A DNA stretch of 64,000 nt from an uncultured Actinomycetota bacterium (GCA_963814845.1 CAWFEP010000002.1:302015-366014); one strand, 5' to 3'; positions 30,123 through 40,451 are shown, counted from the stretch's first letter. Made by a program: numbers and translations. The notes: generated by a model not told the origin, from the sequence alone.

Positions 30123-31364
30123 ATGGAGCTACTCAGATTCGCGACCGCCGGAAGTGTCGACGATGGCAAGTCGACCCTGATCGGTCGGCTGCTCTACGAC
30201 ACCAAATCCATCTTCGAGGACCAGCTCGAGGCGGTTGAGCGCACCTCGCGCGACCGGGGCGACGAGCATGTCAACCTCGCGTTGCTCACCGACGGTCTGC
30301 GCGCCGAACGCGAGCAGGGCATCACGATCGATGTGGCCTACCGCTACTTCGCGACACCCAAGCGGTCGTTCATCATCGCCGACACTCCGGGTCACGTGCA
30401 GTACACCCGCAACATGGTCACCGGCGCGTCGACCGCGAGCCTCGCGCTCGTCTTGATCGACGCCCGCAAGGGGATCATCGAGCAGTCACGGCGCCACGCG
30501 TTCCTTGCGTCGCTGCTACGAGTGCCCCACCTCGTGCTTTGCGTTAACAAGATGGACCTCGTCGACTACGACGAGAAGGTCTTCGACGAGATCAAGGACG
30601 AGTTCCGGTCCTTCGCTACCAAGCTCGATGTCAGCGACCTGTCGTTCGTGCCGATCAGTGCACTTCACGGCGACAACGTCGTGCACCGCTCTGAAAACAT
30701 GCCGTGGTACCAAGGCACATCGCTGCTGCACCACCTCGAAGACGTCTACATCGCCAGTGACCGCAACCTGATCGACGTACGGTTCCCGGTGCAGTACGTC
30801 ATCCGCCCGCAGTCCTCCGCCTATCCGGACTACCGCGGCTACGCGGGCCAGGTCGCGGGTGGCGTGCTGAAGCCGGGCGACGAGGTCATCGTGTTGCCGA
30901 GCGGGCTGCGCTCCACGATTGCGAGCATCGACACCGCAGACGGGCCGGTCAGTGAGGCTTACGCGCCGATGTCGGTCACCGTCCGGCTCAGCGATGACAT
31001 CGACATCTCGCGCGGCGACATGATCTGCCGGCCCCACAACCAACCTCGGTCGAGCCAGGACGTCGAAGCGATGGTGTGCTGGCTCACCGACGAGCCGCTT
31101 CGAGTCCGCGGCATGTACGCGGTGAAGCACACAACGCGGTCCGCGAGAGCGCAGGTACGCAGCGTTGACTACCGCATCGACGTCAACACGTTGCACCGCG
31201 ACGAGGGCGCCGAAACCCTGGGGCTCAACGAGATCGGCCGAATCAAGTTGCGGACGACACATCCGCTCTTCGTCGACGAATATCGGCGCAACCGCACGAC
31301 GGGATCGTTCCTGGTGATTGACGAGGCCACGGGCGCGACGGTCGGGGCGGGCATGGTCCTTTGA
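30123..31364 (+). CDS. cysN: Sulfate adenylyltransferase subunit 1 (GTPase), without fused APS-kinase domain
   Basis: G1 GSVDDGKST, G3 DTPGH, G4 NKMD. 413 aa ending after the EF-Tu-like beta-barrel domains. Confidence 0.9.
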   Translation: MELLRFATAGSVDDGKSTLIGRLLYDTKSIFEDQLEAVERTSRDRGDEHVNLALLTDGLRAEREQGITIDVAYRYFATPKRSFIIADTPGHVQYTRNMVTGASTASLALVLIDARKGIIEQSRRHAFLASLLRVPHLVLCVNKMDLVDYDEKVFDEIKDEFRSFATKLDVSDLSFVPISALHGDNVVHRSENMPWYQGTSLLHHLEDVYIASDRNLIDVRFPVQYVIRPQSSAYPDYRGYAGQVAGGVLKPGDEVIVLPSGLRSTIASIDTADGPVSEAYAPMSVTVRLSDDIDISRGDMICRPHNQPRSSQDVEAMVCWLTDEPLRVRGMYAVKHTTRSARAQVRSVDYRIDVNTLHRDEGAETLGLNEIGRIKLRTTHPLFVDEYRRNRTTGSFLVIDEATGATVGAGMVL

Positions 31365-31575
31365 CGGTGGTGTCGGTCAAGTGTGCGGTGATGGCTCGCT
31401 CCGGCGGCTGGTGGCGATCCTTAGCTGCGCATCGGGATCGCCACACGCCGTCTCCGCGACCCATCACCACGCACTTGAGCGGCGTTCCAGAACGTGAAGC
31501 TGCGCCAACCGTCGTGACTCGAGGCGAGCGGCTGTCCCTGGTTTCAGCGCCTTTTGGGGTTGCCTTGAAGGGCAC

Positions 31576-31710
31576 GCGACCCCTGGTGGGTTGTGCAGGC
31601 CGTTGGTCTTCGGGTGGTTCGCGACCCCTGGTGGCTTACTCAGCCCGCTGGTCTTGGGGTGGTTCGCGACCCCTGGTGGGGGCGATGGCGGTTGGTTGCC
31701 TTGGGGGTTT
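31576..31710. repeat. Three tandem ~45-bp direct repeats in the cysN-cysQ spacer
   Basis: GCGACCCCTGGTGG recurs at 31576, 31621 and 31666 (exact 45-nt period). Each copy is followed by a related ..TTGGTCTT(C/G)GGGTGGTTC tail, and the third unit is more diverged. Confidence 0.85.
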
Positions 31711-31713
31711 GGG

Positions 31714-32469
31714 GTGAGCGGGCTTTCTGATGCGGAGTTGGCTCGGGAGCTTGCGACGAGCGCGGGTGAGTTGTTGCTCGCGTTGCGGGATGAGATGGGG
31801 TTTGCCGATCCTTGGGCGTTGCGAGATGCCGGGGACTTTCGCTCTAACGTGCATTTGCTGGGGTTGCTGTCCGAGTCCCGTCCGGATGATGTCGTGCTGT
31901 CGGAGGAGTCGGCCGACGATCCTCGACGGCATGAGGCCGAGCGGTTGTGGATCATCGATCCGCTCGATGGCACCACTGAGTTTGGTGAGCCAGGGCGGAC
32001 TGACTGGGCCGTACATGTCGCGTTGTGGCAGCGCGGCGAAGGCCTTATCGAGGGGGCAGTGGCGTTGCCGGCACGTGGTGTGACGTTGTCGACGGCCGAC
32101 CCGTTGCCGCCGCTGCAGACACCTCCCGCTCAGCCGCGTCTGGCGGTGAGTCGGACCCGTCGACCGGCTTGGGTGGTCGCGGTTGCCGAACAGGTTGACG
32201 GCGTGCTCACGCCAATCGGAAGTGCCGGCATGAAAGCGATGTCTCTGCTTCTTGGTGAGGCCGATGCTTACCTGCACAGCGGGCCGATGAAGGAATGGGA
32301 CTCCGCTGCACCGGTCGTGGTCGCCGCGAAGGCTGGCCTGCACGTCAGTGACTTGAGCGGCGGCCCGCTGATCTTCAACAAGCCCTCTCGGTTGACCGAG
32401 CAGCTGTTGATCTGCCACCCATTGCTGACCGGGCCTTTGGTCGACGCGTACTCAGGACTGGCGCACTAG
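31714..32469 (+). CDS. cysQ: 3'(2'),5'-bisphosphate nucleotidase (inositol monophosphatase family)
   Basis: VLSEES, WIIDPLDGTTEF and later WDSAAP are motifs of the IMPase/CysQ fold. A GTG start at 31714 gives an N-terminus (SDAELARELA..) colinear with mycobacterial CysQ. Confidence 0.8.
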   Translation: MSGLSDAELARELATSAGELLLALRDEMGFADPWALRDAGDFRSNVHLLGLLSESRPDDVVLSEESADDPRRHEAERLWIIDPLDGTTEFGEPGRTDWAVHVALWQRGEGLIEGAVALPARGVTLSTADPLPPLQTPPAQPRLAVSRTRRPAWVVAVAEQVDGVLTPIGSAGMKAMSLLLGEADAYLHSGPMKEWDSAAPVVVAAKAGLHVSDLSGGPLIFNKPSRLTEQLLICHPLLTGPLVDAYSGLAH

Positions 32470-33438
32470 CCGCACGATCTGTGCGACGGCCTCCTCGAGC
32501 GGCACCGTCATGGTGTCGATGACGAGGTCGGCGTCACGTGGTGCTTCGTACGGATCGTCGATCCCGGTGAATCCCGTGATCTCCCCGGCGCGCGCCTTCG
32601 CGTAGAGCCCCTTCACGTCACGGCGTTCGCACTCCGCGAGCGGAGTGGAGATCCAGACGAGGATGAAGGCGCCCGGGCCGCCGGCCGCCTCGACCGTTCT
32701 TCGGACCCACTGCCTGGTCTCGTCGTACGGTGCAATCGGCGCGCAGACGGCTATCCCGCCGTGCTTCGTCACCTCGCCGGCTACCCAACCAATCCGGCGG
32801 ATGTTGAGGTCTCGATCCTCGCGGGAGAAGCCAAGGCCGCGGCTGAGGTGAGTCCGTACGACGTCGCCGTCGAGGAGGGTCACCGTGCGCTCGGCCGCGA
32901 GCTGCTCTACGACGGCCCGGGCGATGGTCGACTTGCCAGATCCCGACAGACCGGTCATGAAGATCGTCCGGCCCGCCCCGGTTGGCTGGGCAATGGTGTC
33001 GACGTCGAGCTGCGGCCCGGCGGAGTACGCCGCGGCGAGCGCAGCCGCGCGCGGTCCTGCGTCAGCGGCCGTGACCGGGATAGGGGCAACGTCAGCAGCG
33101 GTCGCGGTCCAGGCGTTCGACCATGCGATGTGCCGTGCGTCGTCGGCGCGCACGCCGGCGGCGGGGAGCAGCAACAGCACTCCGGCGGGCAGTGAGCCGG
33201 CAGGGATCCGGTCAGCGACGGCGACCACGACCGCGGCCTCGCTGTCGCCAGCCGGCAGCTGCCAGATCGACGGCTGGAGGCTGATGACCTGATCCGCCTC
33301 ACGCCGCGCGATCGGCGTCCCTTCCTCGTCGAGGTAGACGTCGCCGTCTTCGCCCGGCAGGGTGTCGAGCGGGGCAAGGCCGATGATGACCTGCTCGAGC
33401 CGCGCCCGGTCGGCGACGTCGATCGTGATCTGCGACAT
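32452..33438 (-). CDS. cysC: Adenylyl-sulfate kinase with ~160-aa N-terminal extension
   Basis: The C-terminal half has the P-loop GLSGSGKST, LDGDVVR and FSREDRDLNIRRIG typical of APS kinase. The N-terminal half is of unrecognised family. Confidence 0.85.
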   Translation of the reverse strand: MSQITIDVADRARLEQVIIGLAPLDTLPGEDGDVYLDEEGTPIARREADQVISLQPSIWQLPAGDSEAAVVVAVADRIPAGSLPAGVLLLLPAAGVRADDARHIAWSNAWTATAADVAPIPVTAADAGPRAAALAAAYSAGPQLDVDTIAQPTGAGRTIFMTGLSGSGKSTIARAVVEQLAAERTVTLLDGDVVRTHLSRGLGFSREDRDLNIRRIGWVAGEVTKHGGIAVCAPIAPYDETRQWVRRTVEAAGGPGAFILVWISTPLAECERRDVKGLYAKARAGEITGFTGIDDPYEAPRDADLVIDTMTVPLEEAVAQIVRLVRQS

Positions 33439-33482
33439 TGCCCGCACATTAGCCGCGTCGGACGGGCTGAGAGACTGCGGGC

Positions 33483-34625
33483 GTGGACTTCTCCCTGACC
33501 GATGAGCAGAAGGCGTTTCGGAGCAGCGTGTACGACTGGGCTGCCGCCACGATCGCGCCTGGTGCGAGCGATCGCGACAAGGAGGGCCGCTGGGATCCGG
33601 AGATCTGGAAGTCGCTGGCCGCGCAAGGACTTGCCGGTCTGCCGATCCCGGAGGAGTACGGCGGGGCCGGCGCCTCGATCATGGACTGCCTCATCGCTAA
33701 CGAGGCGATCGCCGAGGGCGGCCACGATGGCGGCTTCAATCTCTCCCTTGGCGCACATTGGGTCATCGGGTCGGTGCCGATCTGGCTGCATGGCACCGAG
33801 GAGCAGAAGCGGCGCTGGCTGCCGGGCCTGACCGACGGTTCGATGATCGGGGCGTGGGCGTCGACCGAGCCGGAAGCCGGCTCCGATGCCGGCGGGTTGC
33901 TCACGACTGCGGTTCGCGATGGCGAAGACTGGGTGCTCAACGGCAACAAGATGTTCATTACCAACGGCCCGATCGCGGACGTCTGCACTGTGCTCGCTAA
34001 GACCTCGGATAAGGGCGCGACCGCGTTTATCGTCGACACCGGAAACCCAGGCTTCCAGGTCGGACGGGAGCTCGACAAGATGGGCTGCCGATCCTCACCG
34101 ACGGCCGAGATCGCACTGGTGGACTGCAAGGTGCCAGGCGACGCGTTGCTGGGCACGGAGGGGGCGGCGTTGTGGGAGGTCGCGTTCGAGTGCTTCGACT
34201 GGGAGCGCACGGTCATGATGGGTGGCGCGCTCGGCGGAATGCAAAGCACGTTGAACGTCTCGATCCAGTACGCCAAGGACCGCAAGCAGTTTGGCCGTCC
34301 GATCTCGTCGTTTCAGGCGATCGCGCACAAGCTGGCTGAGATGAAGGTCCGGCTCGAGACCTGTCGCAACGCGGTCTATCGCGCGGCCTATCTCAAGCAG
34401 ACCGATGTGGAGCACCAGATGGAAGCGTCGATCGCGAAGTATCTCGTCGGCGAGCTGAGTGTGCAGAACGCCCTCGACGCGATCCAGATCCACGGTGGTT
34501 ACGGCTACCTGCGGGACTTCGGCGTCGAGCGCGCGCTGCGTGATGCCAAGCTTGGCTCGATCGGCGGCGGCACGTCGGAGATCCAGAAGCTGATCATCAG
34601 CCGCCTCTTGCTCGGAGAAGGCTGA
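33483..34625 (+). CDS. Acyl-CoA dehydrogenase
   Basis: 380 aa with ...GAWASTEPEAGSD..., ...KMFITNG..., and C-terminal QIHGGYGY...E(R/L)..RDAK...I..GTSEIQ. Confidence 0.85.
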   Translation: MDFSLTDEQKAFRSSVYDWAAATIAPGASDRDKEGRWDPEIWKSLAAQGLAGLPIPEEYGGAGASIMDCLIANEAIAEGGHDGGFNLSLGAHWVIGSVPIWLHGTEEQKRRWLPGLTDGSMIGAWASTEPEAGSDAGGLLTTAVRDGEDWVLNGNKMFITNGPIADVCTVLAKTSDKGATAFIVDTGNPGFQVGRELDKMGCRSSPTAEIALVDCKVPGDALLGTEGAALWEVAFECFDWERTVMMGGALGGMQSTLNVSIQYAKDRKQFGRPISSFQAIAHKLAEMKVRLETCRNAVYRAAYLKQTDVEHQMEASIAKYLVGELSVQNALDAIQIHGGYGYLRDFGVERALRDAKLGSIGGGTSEIQKLIISRLLLGEG

Positions 34626-34636
34626 GGGGCGCAGCG

Positions 34637-35158
34637 ATGACCGACCTATCGGAGATCGAGCGCGCGGAGTTGTTGCGGCCGCTGGAGTTCCTCATCGGTA
34701 CCTGGCGGGGCGAGGGGGTAGGCGCAGTCCCTGGTGGCGGTGGGCCGGATTACCCGTACGCCGAGGAGTTGCGCATCTACGACGACGGCTCGCCGTGGTT
34801 GGCGTACAGCACCCATGTCGTGGCCACCGACGATGGCCGCTGGTTGCACTCAGAGTCTGGCTGGTGGCGGCCGCAGCCAGTCGCCGAGGACGGAACGGTG
34901 GCGGTCGAGCTGGTGCTGACGCGACCTACGGGCGTGACCGAGGTGCTGATCGGGCACGTCATCGTCGGCCCGGTCGGGGAGCAGGTCGAGCTCGCGAGCG
35001 ACGTCGTGGCGCGCACGCCGACGGCTCCGGCTATCACCGCTGACAAACGGCTGTATGCGGTCCGCGCGGGCAAGTTGATGTACGCCATCGATCTTGCGGC
35101 CGGTGAGACCGGTCTCGCGCCGCACCTCGCCGCTGCCCTCGACCGTCACATCGAGTGA
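34637..35158 (+). CDS. Nitrobindin/FABP-like beta-barrel (DUF1794) protein
   Basis: LEFLIGTWRGEGVG...YPYAEELRI... ...ESGWWRP pattern of the THAP4-like heme-binding barrel family. Confidence 0.6.
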   Translation: MTDLSEIERAELLRPLEFLIGTWRGEGVGAVPGGGGPDYPYAEELRIYDDGSPWLAYSTHVVATDDGRWLHSESGWWRPQPVAEDGTVAVELVLTRPTGVTEVLIGHVIVGPVGEQVELASDVVARTPTAPAITADKRLYAVRAGKLMYAIDLAAGETGLAPHLAAALDRHIE

Positions 35159-35315
35159 GGAGTTCGGGTCAGGGGGTTTGGCGGTCTGGCCTCGTTAGAG
35201 GGTGGTTATCTGGCCATAGCTCGGCGGCGGGGTCGGATTCGGACGGTTCAGTGTGGTTTGCCGACATTCCCCGCGCTTGAGGGGTCAAGCGTGATGTGGC
35301 GATGCCGAAACCTCT

Positions 35316-36629
35316 ATGAGGGGTGATCTACGCCCGGGACCATGGCGGAGGTGTGACGTGCGGTCGTGCGCTGGGTGGCTGCGGCGCGGCAGCGTGGCGA
35401 CGGTAACCGTCGTGTCGCTGTGCGCGGTGCTGAGCCAGCCCGTGATTGCCCACGCCAACTCCACCGGCTCTGCGCCGGTAACGACCTGCGCGGTGCTGAG
35501 TCAGGGATCGACCGGCGCTGCCGTAAAGACGATCCAAAAGGCTGTCGGTGCGAGCGTCGACGGCGATTTCGGCCCGCTGACCGCCAAGGCGCTCAATGCC
35601 TGGCAGAAGGCCCACAACGTCCCGGTCAGCGGTGTGGTGGACGCAGCGACGTGGGCCGCTCTGCCGACCGCGGCCGGCCGCAAGGCTTGCGCCCAACCGG
35701 TGAGCGGCAGCGGCGTGGCCTTGACCTGCGCCTCGCTGTCCTCCAATGCGACCGGCCTTGCCGTGGCGGTGCTCCAGAAGACCATCGGAACGACGGTCGA
35801 TGGCGACTTCGGTGCCGCGACGCTCGATGCGGTCAAGAAGATCCAGCAGGCCGCCAAGCTGAACGTCACCGGCGTCACGACCGCGGCGACCTGGAAGGCA
35901 ATCAAGCTGCTCGGCACGCCCGAGTGCTCGACTGCAGAGACCGTCGCACCGCACCAGTCGGCCGACGCCAAGGCGCAGGCCAAGATGCGGCAGCCGGGTC
36001 GACACACTGGCCGCCGAGCTGGTGAAGCGACCAGGCACGACGAAGAACCAGGTCGCGCTGCAGGCCATGGCGTTTGCCAAGAAGCAGATCGGCAAGCCCT
36101 ACATCTGGGGTGGCGACCGGGCCCGAAGGGCTACGACTGCTCCGGCCTGCAGATGACGGCGTTCCTCCACGCCGGGCTTGAGCATTCCGCGTACCGCGGC
36201 CGAGCAGTACGCCGGTGCCAGGCGAGTACGTGCCGCTCAACAAGGCCAAGCAGGGCGACCTGTTGTTCTACGCCAGCGACGTCACGAAGCCGTCGACGGT
36301 CTACCACGTCGCGATGTACATCGGCGGAGGCAAGCTGCTCGATTCGCCACAGACCGGCGAGAACGTCCGGGTCGACCCGCTGTGGACGACCGACCTGATG
36401 CCGGTCGTGGTGCGCCCGGTCGCCGGCCTGAAGCTGCCGGTGAAGCTCGGCGCGACCGGGATGGACGGTGACCCAGCTGCAGCAGGACCTGAATCGCCAC
36501 GGCGCGGCGCTGACCGTCGATGGCGGATTCGGGCCGGCCACCGAGACGGCCGTCCTGGCCTGGCAGCAGGCGCACCAGCTCACGGCGACCGGCGTCGTGC
36601 GCGTCTCTACCTGGCTGACCCTGAAGTAG
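35316..36629 (+). pseudogene. Secreted NlpC/P60 (C40) peptidoglycan endopeptidase with three PG_binding_1 domains, several frameshifts
   Basis: Signal peptide, two PG-binding repeats (GAAVKTIQKAVGASVDGDFGPLTAKALNAWQ; VAVLQKTIGTTVDGDFGAATLDAVKKIQ), catalytic region GKPYIWGG / GYDCSGLQMTAF / VYHVAMYIGGGKLLDSP on different frames, and a third PG-binding repeat (LQQDLNRHGAALTVDGGFGPATETAVLAWQ) at the C-terminus. Confidence 0.8.
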
Positions 36630-36643
36630 ACGACGGCGTCAGT

Positions 36644-36675
36644 GCGCCCGGGACGTGAAAACCCCCGGGCATTTA
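36644..36675 (+). terminator. Candidate hairpin terminator after the P60 gene
   Basis: GCCCGGG (36646-36652) pairs with CCCGGGC (36664-36670), followed by ATTT. A second long-range pairing CCCCCGGGCA...TGCCCGGGGG reaches ~36730. Confidence 0.35.
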
Positions 36676-37124
36676 CCGCTCGCCGCCATGGCGGCGCGGT
36701 TGCCGGCTGGACGGGCCGGCTGCCCGGGGGCGCGGTGACTGTCGAGGGATTCGCCGGACGCCGTGCGCCCGGTCTCGTCTCACACCGAGTCCGCTGACGG
36801 CGCCTAGCTGACCGTCACCTCACGAGTCCTGCGTGTATTCAAAGCGTGGACCACCTCCCTTCTCGTGTGCTGGCAGCCTAAGCCTTCGGGCCGGAATGCC
36901 GAAGGAATTAATCGACCGACGCACCTGCCCACAGCTGTCGTTGCGCGGTCCTTGCGAGGAGGCGCGAGCCACGTCTTCGGGAATGGCGCTGACAGGCGAG
37001 CAGACGCGCCTTAGCCTGGAGCGGCTTTCCTTTGAGAATGTGGGGACCAACGCGTGACACTCGCGGCGGACGAACCGGTCGGCAGCGCCCGATTTGACGC
37101 CCGCTGTCCGGAAGGTGCTGCACC

Positions 37125-38561
37125 GTGCCGCTCGGGAGACAGCGGCGGCCGGTTGATGTCTGGGAGCGCCGTTATCTTCGGCGTCTGGTCCTCGTCGATT
37201 TCGCGATCATCCTGGGCAGCACGCTGCTGGCCTTGCATGTTCGATTCGGCAACGCCGATGACTCGGTCAGCGGCGTGTCCTATGCGATGCTGAGCGTCCT
37301 GCTGGTGCCGGTCTGGCTCGGCGCGCTGGTCATCGCCCGCGCCTATGAGATGCGCTTCCTGGGCACCGGTGCGGACGAGTTCAAGCGGGTCAGCAGCGCC
37401 TCGCTGCGACTGATGGCGGTGGTCGCGGTCGTCGCCTACACGTTCAAGATCGAGTTGGCCCGCGGCTATGTCGCGGTCGCGCTGCCGGTCGGCACCGTGC
37501 TGCTGCTGCTCGGTCGCTACGGCCAGCGGCGGCTGCTTGCACGCCCGGCGCCGACCGTGGGGCAGTTCATGCGCCGCGTCATCGTCGTCGGCGGCGTCGA
37601 AGGCGTCCGTGATCTGGCCGAGCCAGTTCATCCGCGAGCCCTACGTCGGCTACGCCCTTGTCGGGGCTTGCCTGCCGACGTCGAGTGAGGCGTTCGCGAT
37701 GCCCGACGTACCCGTCCTTGGCTCGCTGACCCAGGTCCTGAGCCGCGGTCGCCGAGGTGGGCGCCGACACGGTCGCGGTGGCGTCCGGACCAGGCATGTC
37801 GCCGGCGGTGCTGCGCCGGCTGTCCTGGGAGCTCGAGGGCACCGGTGATCGGCTCGTCGTGGCGCCGGCGCTGCTCGACGTCGCCGGCCCGCGGATCAGC
37901 GTGCGGCCGGTCGCCGGCCTTCCGCTGCTCCACGTCGAGGAGCCGGAGCTCTCCGGCGTCCGCCAGGTCATGAAGGCCACGGTCGAGTGGGTCGTGTCGC
38001 CACGGCCGCGTTCCTGCTCGTGCTGCCGCTGCTGTCGTGCTCGCCGTCATCGTGCGGCTCGACAGCGAGGGCGCGCCGCTGTTCCGGCAGACCAGGGTCG
38101 GCAAGAACGGCCAGCGAGTTCACCGTCTACAAGATCCGCACCATGCGGGCGGACGCCGAGTCGCTGCTCGACTCGCTGCGTGAGCAGAACGAGTCCGCGG
38201 ACGGGCTGCTGTTCAAGATTCGCAAGGACCCGCGGGTCACCCGGGTCGGTGCGTTCCTGCGCAAGTGGTCGCTCGACGAGCTGCCGCAGCTGTGGAACGT
38301 CGTGCGCGGCGACATGGCGCTCGTCGGTCCCCGCCCGCCGTTGCCGGTGAGGTCGCGCAGTACGGCGCCGAGGTGGCCCGCCGGCTGCTGGTGCGGCCCG
38401 GCATCACCGGTCTGTGGCAGGTGTCGGGCCGCTCCAACCTCAGCTGGGACGACAGCGTGCGGCTGGACCTCTACTACGTCGAGAACTGGTCGTTGGCACT
38501 CGACGCGATGATCGTCTGGAAGACCTTGTTCGCGATCTTCCGCAACGACGGCGCGTACTAA
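37125..38561 (+). pseudogene. Polyprenyl-phosphate sugar-1-phosphate transferase (WbaP/ExoY 'bacterial sugar transferase' family), several frameshifts
   Basis: N-terminal TM bundle, then [91 protein letters not shown], with frame switches near 37615, 37745, 37985, 38040, 38110 and 38340. Confidence 0.85.
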
Positions 38562-38575
38562 GAACTCGAGTCGGT

Positions 38576-39448
38576 CTACACCGAGTCGGTGAGGTCGGGG
38601 CCGAGGGTCTTGACGGCTTCATACAGCGCATCACGCCAATGCGGCAGCTCAGGCAGGCCCGCGCGTTGCCACTTCGTCGTGGACAGCACCGAGTAGGCCG
38701 GGCGCGGGGCTGGACGTGGGAATGCTGCTGTCGTCGTCGGCGTCACTCGTGCCGGGTCGAGGCCGAGCTTGGCGAAGATCGCGGTCGCAAAGCCGAACCA
38801 CGTCGTCTCACCACCGCCAGTGCAGTGCCAGACGCCGGGCTCGACATCAGCGACGCCGAGGGCAGTGAGGCCTCGTGCCAGGTGGAGCGACCAGGTCGGT
38901 GAGCCGCGCTGATCATCAACCACGTCAAGCGTCTCGCGCTCCCGCGACAGCCGGACGATGGACTTGACGAAGTTGGGCCCGCCGACGCCGTAGACCCACG
39001 CGGTCCGCACGATGTGCGCGTCACCGCCGGCTGCCAGGACGGCTTGCTCGCCGGCCGCCTTGGACCGGCCGTACGCCGATCGCGGGTCGATCGGGTGGTC
39101 AACGTCGTACGGCGTCGTGGCATCGCCGTTGAAGACGTAGTCGGTCGAGACGTGGATCAGCCTGGCGCCGTTGGCCGCACACCACGCGGCGAGATGGCCG
39201 GGCGCGACCCCGTTGATCAGCGTGGCAGTTGCCTCGTCGGCTTCGGCAGCGTCGACGGCGGTGTAGGCGGCGCAGTTGACAACGACTGTCGGCGCGGCGT
39301 CAGACAACGCCCGATCGACCGCACCGCGGTCGGCGACGTCGAGATCGTGATGGTCGAGCGCAGTCACCTCAGCGCGATAAGCCCGCAACAGCTGCTCGAC
39401 GTCGGTGCCAAGCTGGCCGCCGGCACCGGTGACCAGCCACCGGGTCAC
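38576..39448 (-). CDS. rmlD: dTDP-4-dehydrorhamnose reductase
   Basis: [14 protein letters not shown]...[12 protein letters not shown]...STDYVF...YGRSK.GE; the GTG start overlaps the rmlB stop (GTGA at 39445-39448). Confidence 0.88.
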   Translation of the reverse strand: MTRWLVTGAGGQLGTDVEQLLRAYRAEVTALDHHDLDVADRGAVDRALSDAAPTVVVNCAAYTAVDAAEADEATATLINGVAPGHLAAWCAANGARLIHVSTDYVFNGDATTPYDVDHPIDPRSAYGRSKAAGEQAVLAAGGDAHIVRTAWVYGVGGPNFVKSIVRLSRERETLDVVDDQRGSPTWSLHLARGLTALGVADVEPGVWHCTGGGETTWFGFATAIFAKLGLDPARVTPTTTAAFPRPAPRPAYSVLSTTKWQRAGLPELPHWRDALYEAVKTLGPDLTDSV

Positions 39449-40426
39449 GAGGTCAGCGCTTTGAGTGGCCGCCACCAGGATTCGTTGTCGCGATACCACT
39501 GCACGGTCGCGGCAAGCCCGGCATCGAATGCCGACCTGCGGCGAGTAGCCGAGCTCGGCGCGCAGCTTTGAGTCGTCGAGGGAGTAGCGCCGATCGTGAC
39601 CCTTGCGGTCCTCGACCGCCTCGACCGAGGACCAGTCGCGGTCGCACGCCTCGACGAGCCGTTGGGTCAGGTCGCGGTTGGTCATCTCGACGCCGCCGCC
39701 GATGTTGTAAATCTCGCCAGCTCGGCCACGTTCGAGCACGAGCGCGATCGCCTGGCAATGGTCGTCTACGTGCAGCCAGTCGCGAATGTTGAGCCCGTCG
39801 CCATACAACGGCACTGAAAGCCCGTCGAGCAAGTTGGTGACGAACAGCGGGATGACCTTCTCCGGGAACTGGTAGGGCCCGTAGTTATTGGTGCAGCGGG
39901 TGATCACCACGTCGAGCCCATGCGTCACGACGTACGAACGCGCGATCAGGTCGCCGCCGGCCTTCGCCGCGGAGTAGGGCGAGTTGGGCTCGAGCCGGTC
40001 GGTTTCGTGGAACGAACCCTCGGCGATCGATCCGTAGACCTCGTCGGTCGAGACCTGCAGCACGCGCGAGACGCCGGCGCCTAGGCAAGCGTCGAGCAGC
40101 GTCTGAACGCCCACGACATTGGTCGTCACGAAGTCGGCCGCGCCGTTGATCGACCGGTCGACGTGCGACTCGGCGGCGAAGTTGAGGACCGCGTCGTGGC
40201 CAGGAAGCACCTGGTCGAGCAACGCGGTGTCGAGGATGTCGCCATGCACGAAGGTGTAGCGGTCGCTGTCCGAAACCGGGGCGAGGTTCTCGAGGTTGCC
40301 GGCGTAGGTGAGCTTGTCGTAGACCGTCACGTCGGCACCTGCGTACGCCGGGTAGCCGTCATTGAGCAGCGTGCGGACGAAGTGCGACCCGATGAAGCCT
40401 GCACCACCGGTCACCAGAAGCCGCAC
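39445..40426 (-). pseudogene. rmlB: dTDP-glucose 4,6-dehydratase; a single frame disruption near 39525 merges it artificially with rmlD
   Basis: [15 protein letters not shown]...AAESHVDRS...YSAAKAGGD...; after GYSPQV the conserved tail [27 protein letters not shown] is only read after a 1-nt shift. Confidence 0.88.
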
Positions 40427-40451
40427 GCCGAAAGGATACGGTCGACCCGCA

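Noticed and set aside
31576-31710. Possible CRISPR array (regularly spaced repeats), also considered for the collagen and acidic-protein tandem repeats
   Set aside because: The repeats are contiguous 45-bp units rather than repeat-spacer units. There are only three copies, with no unique spacers and no cas genes. The other arrays are in-frame coding microsatellites or minisatellites.
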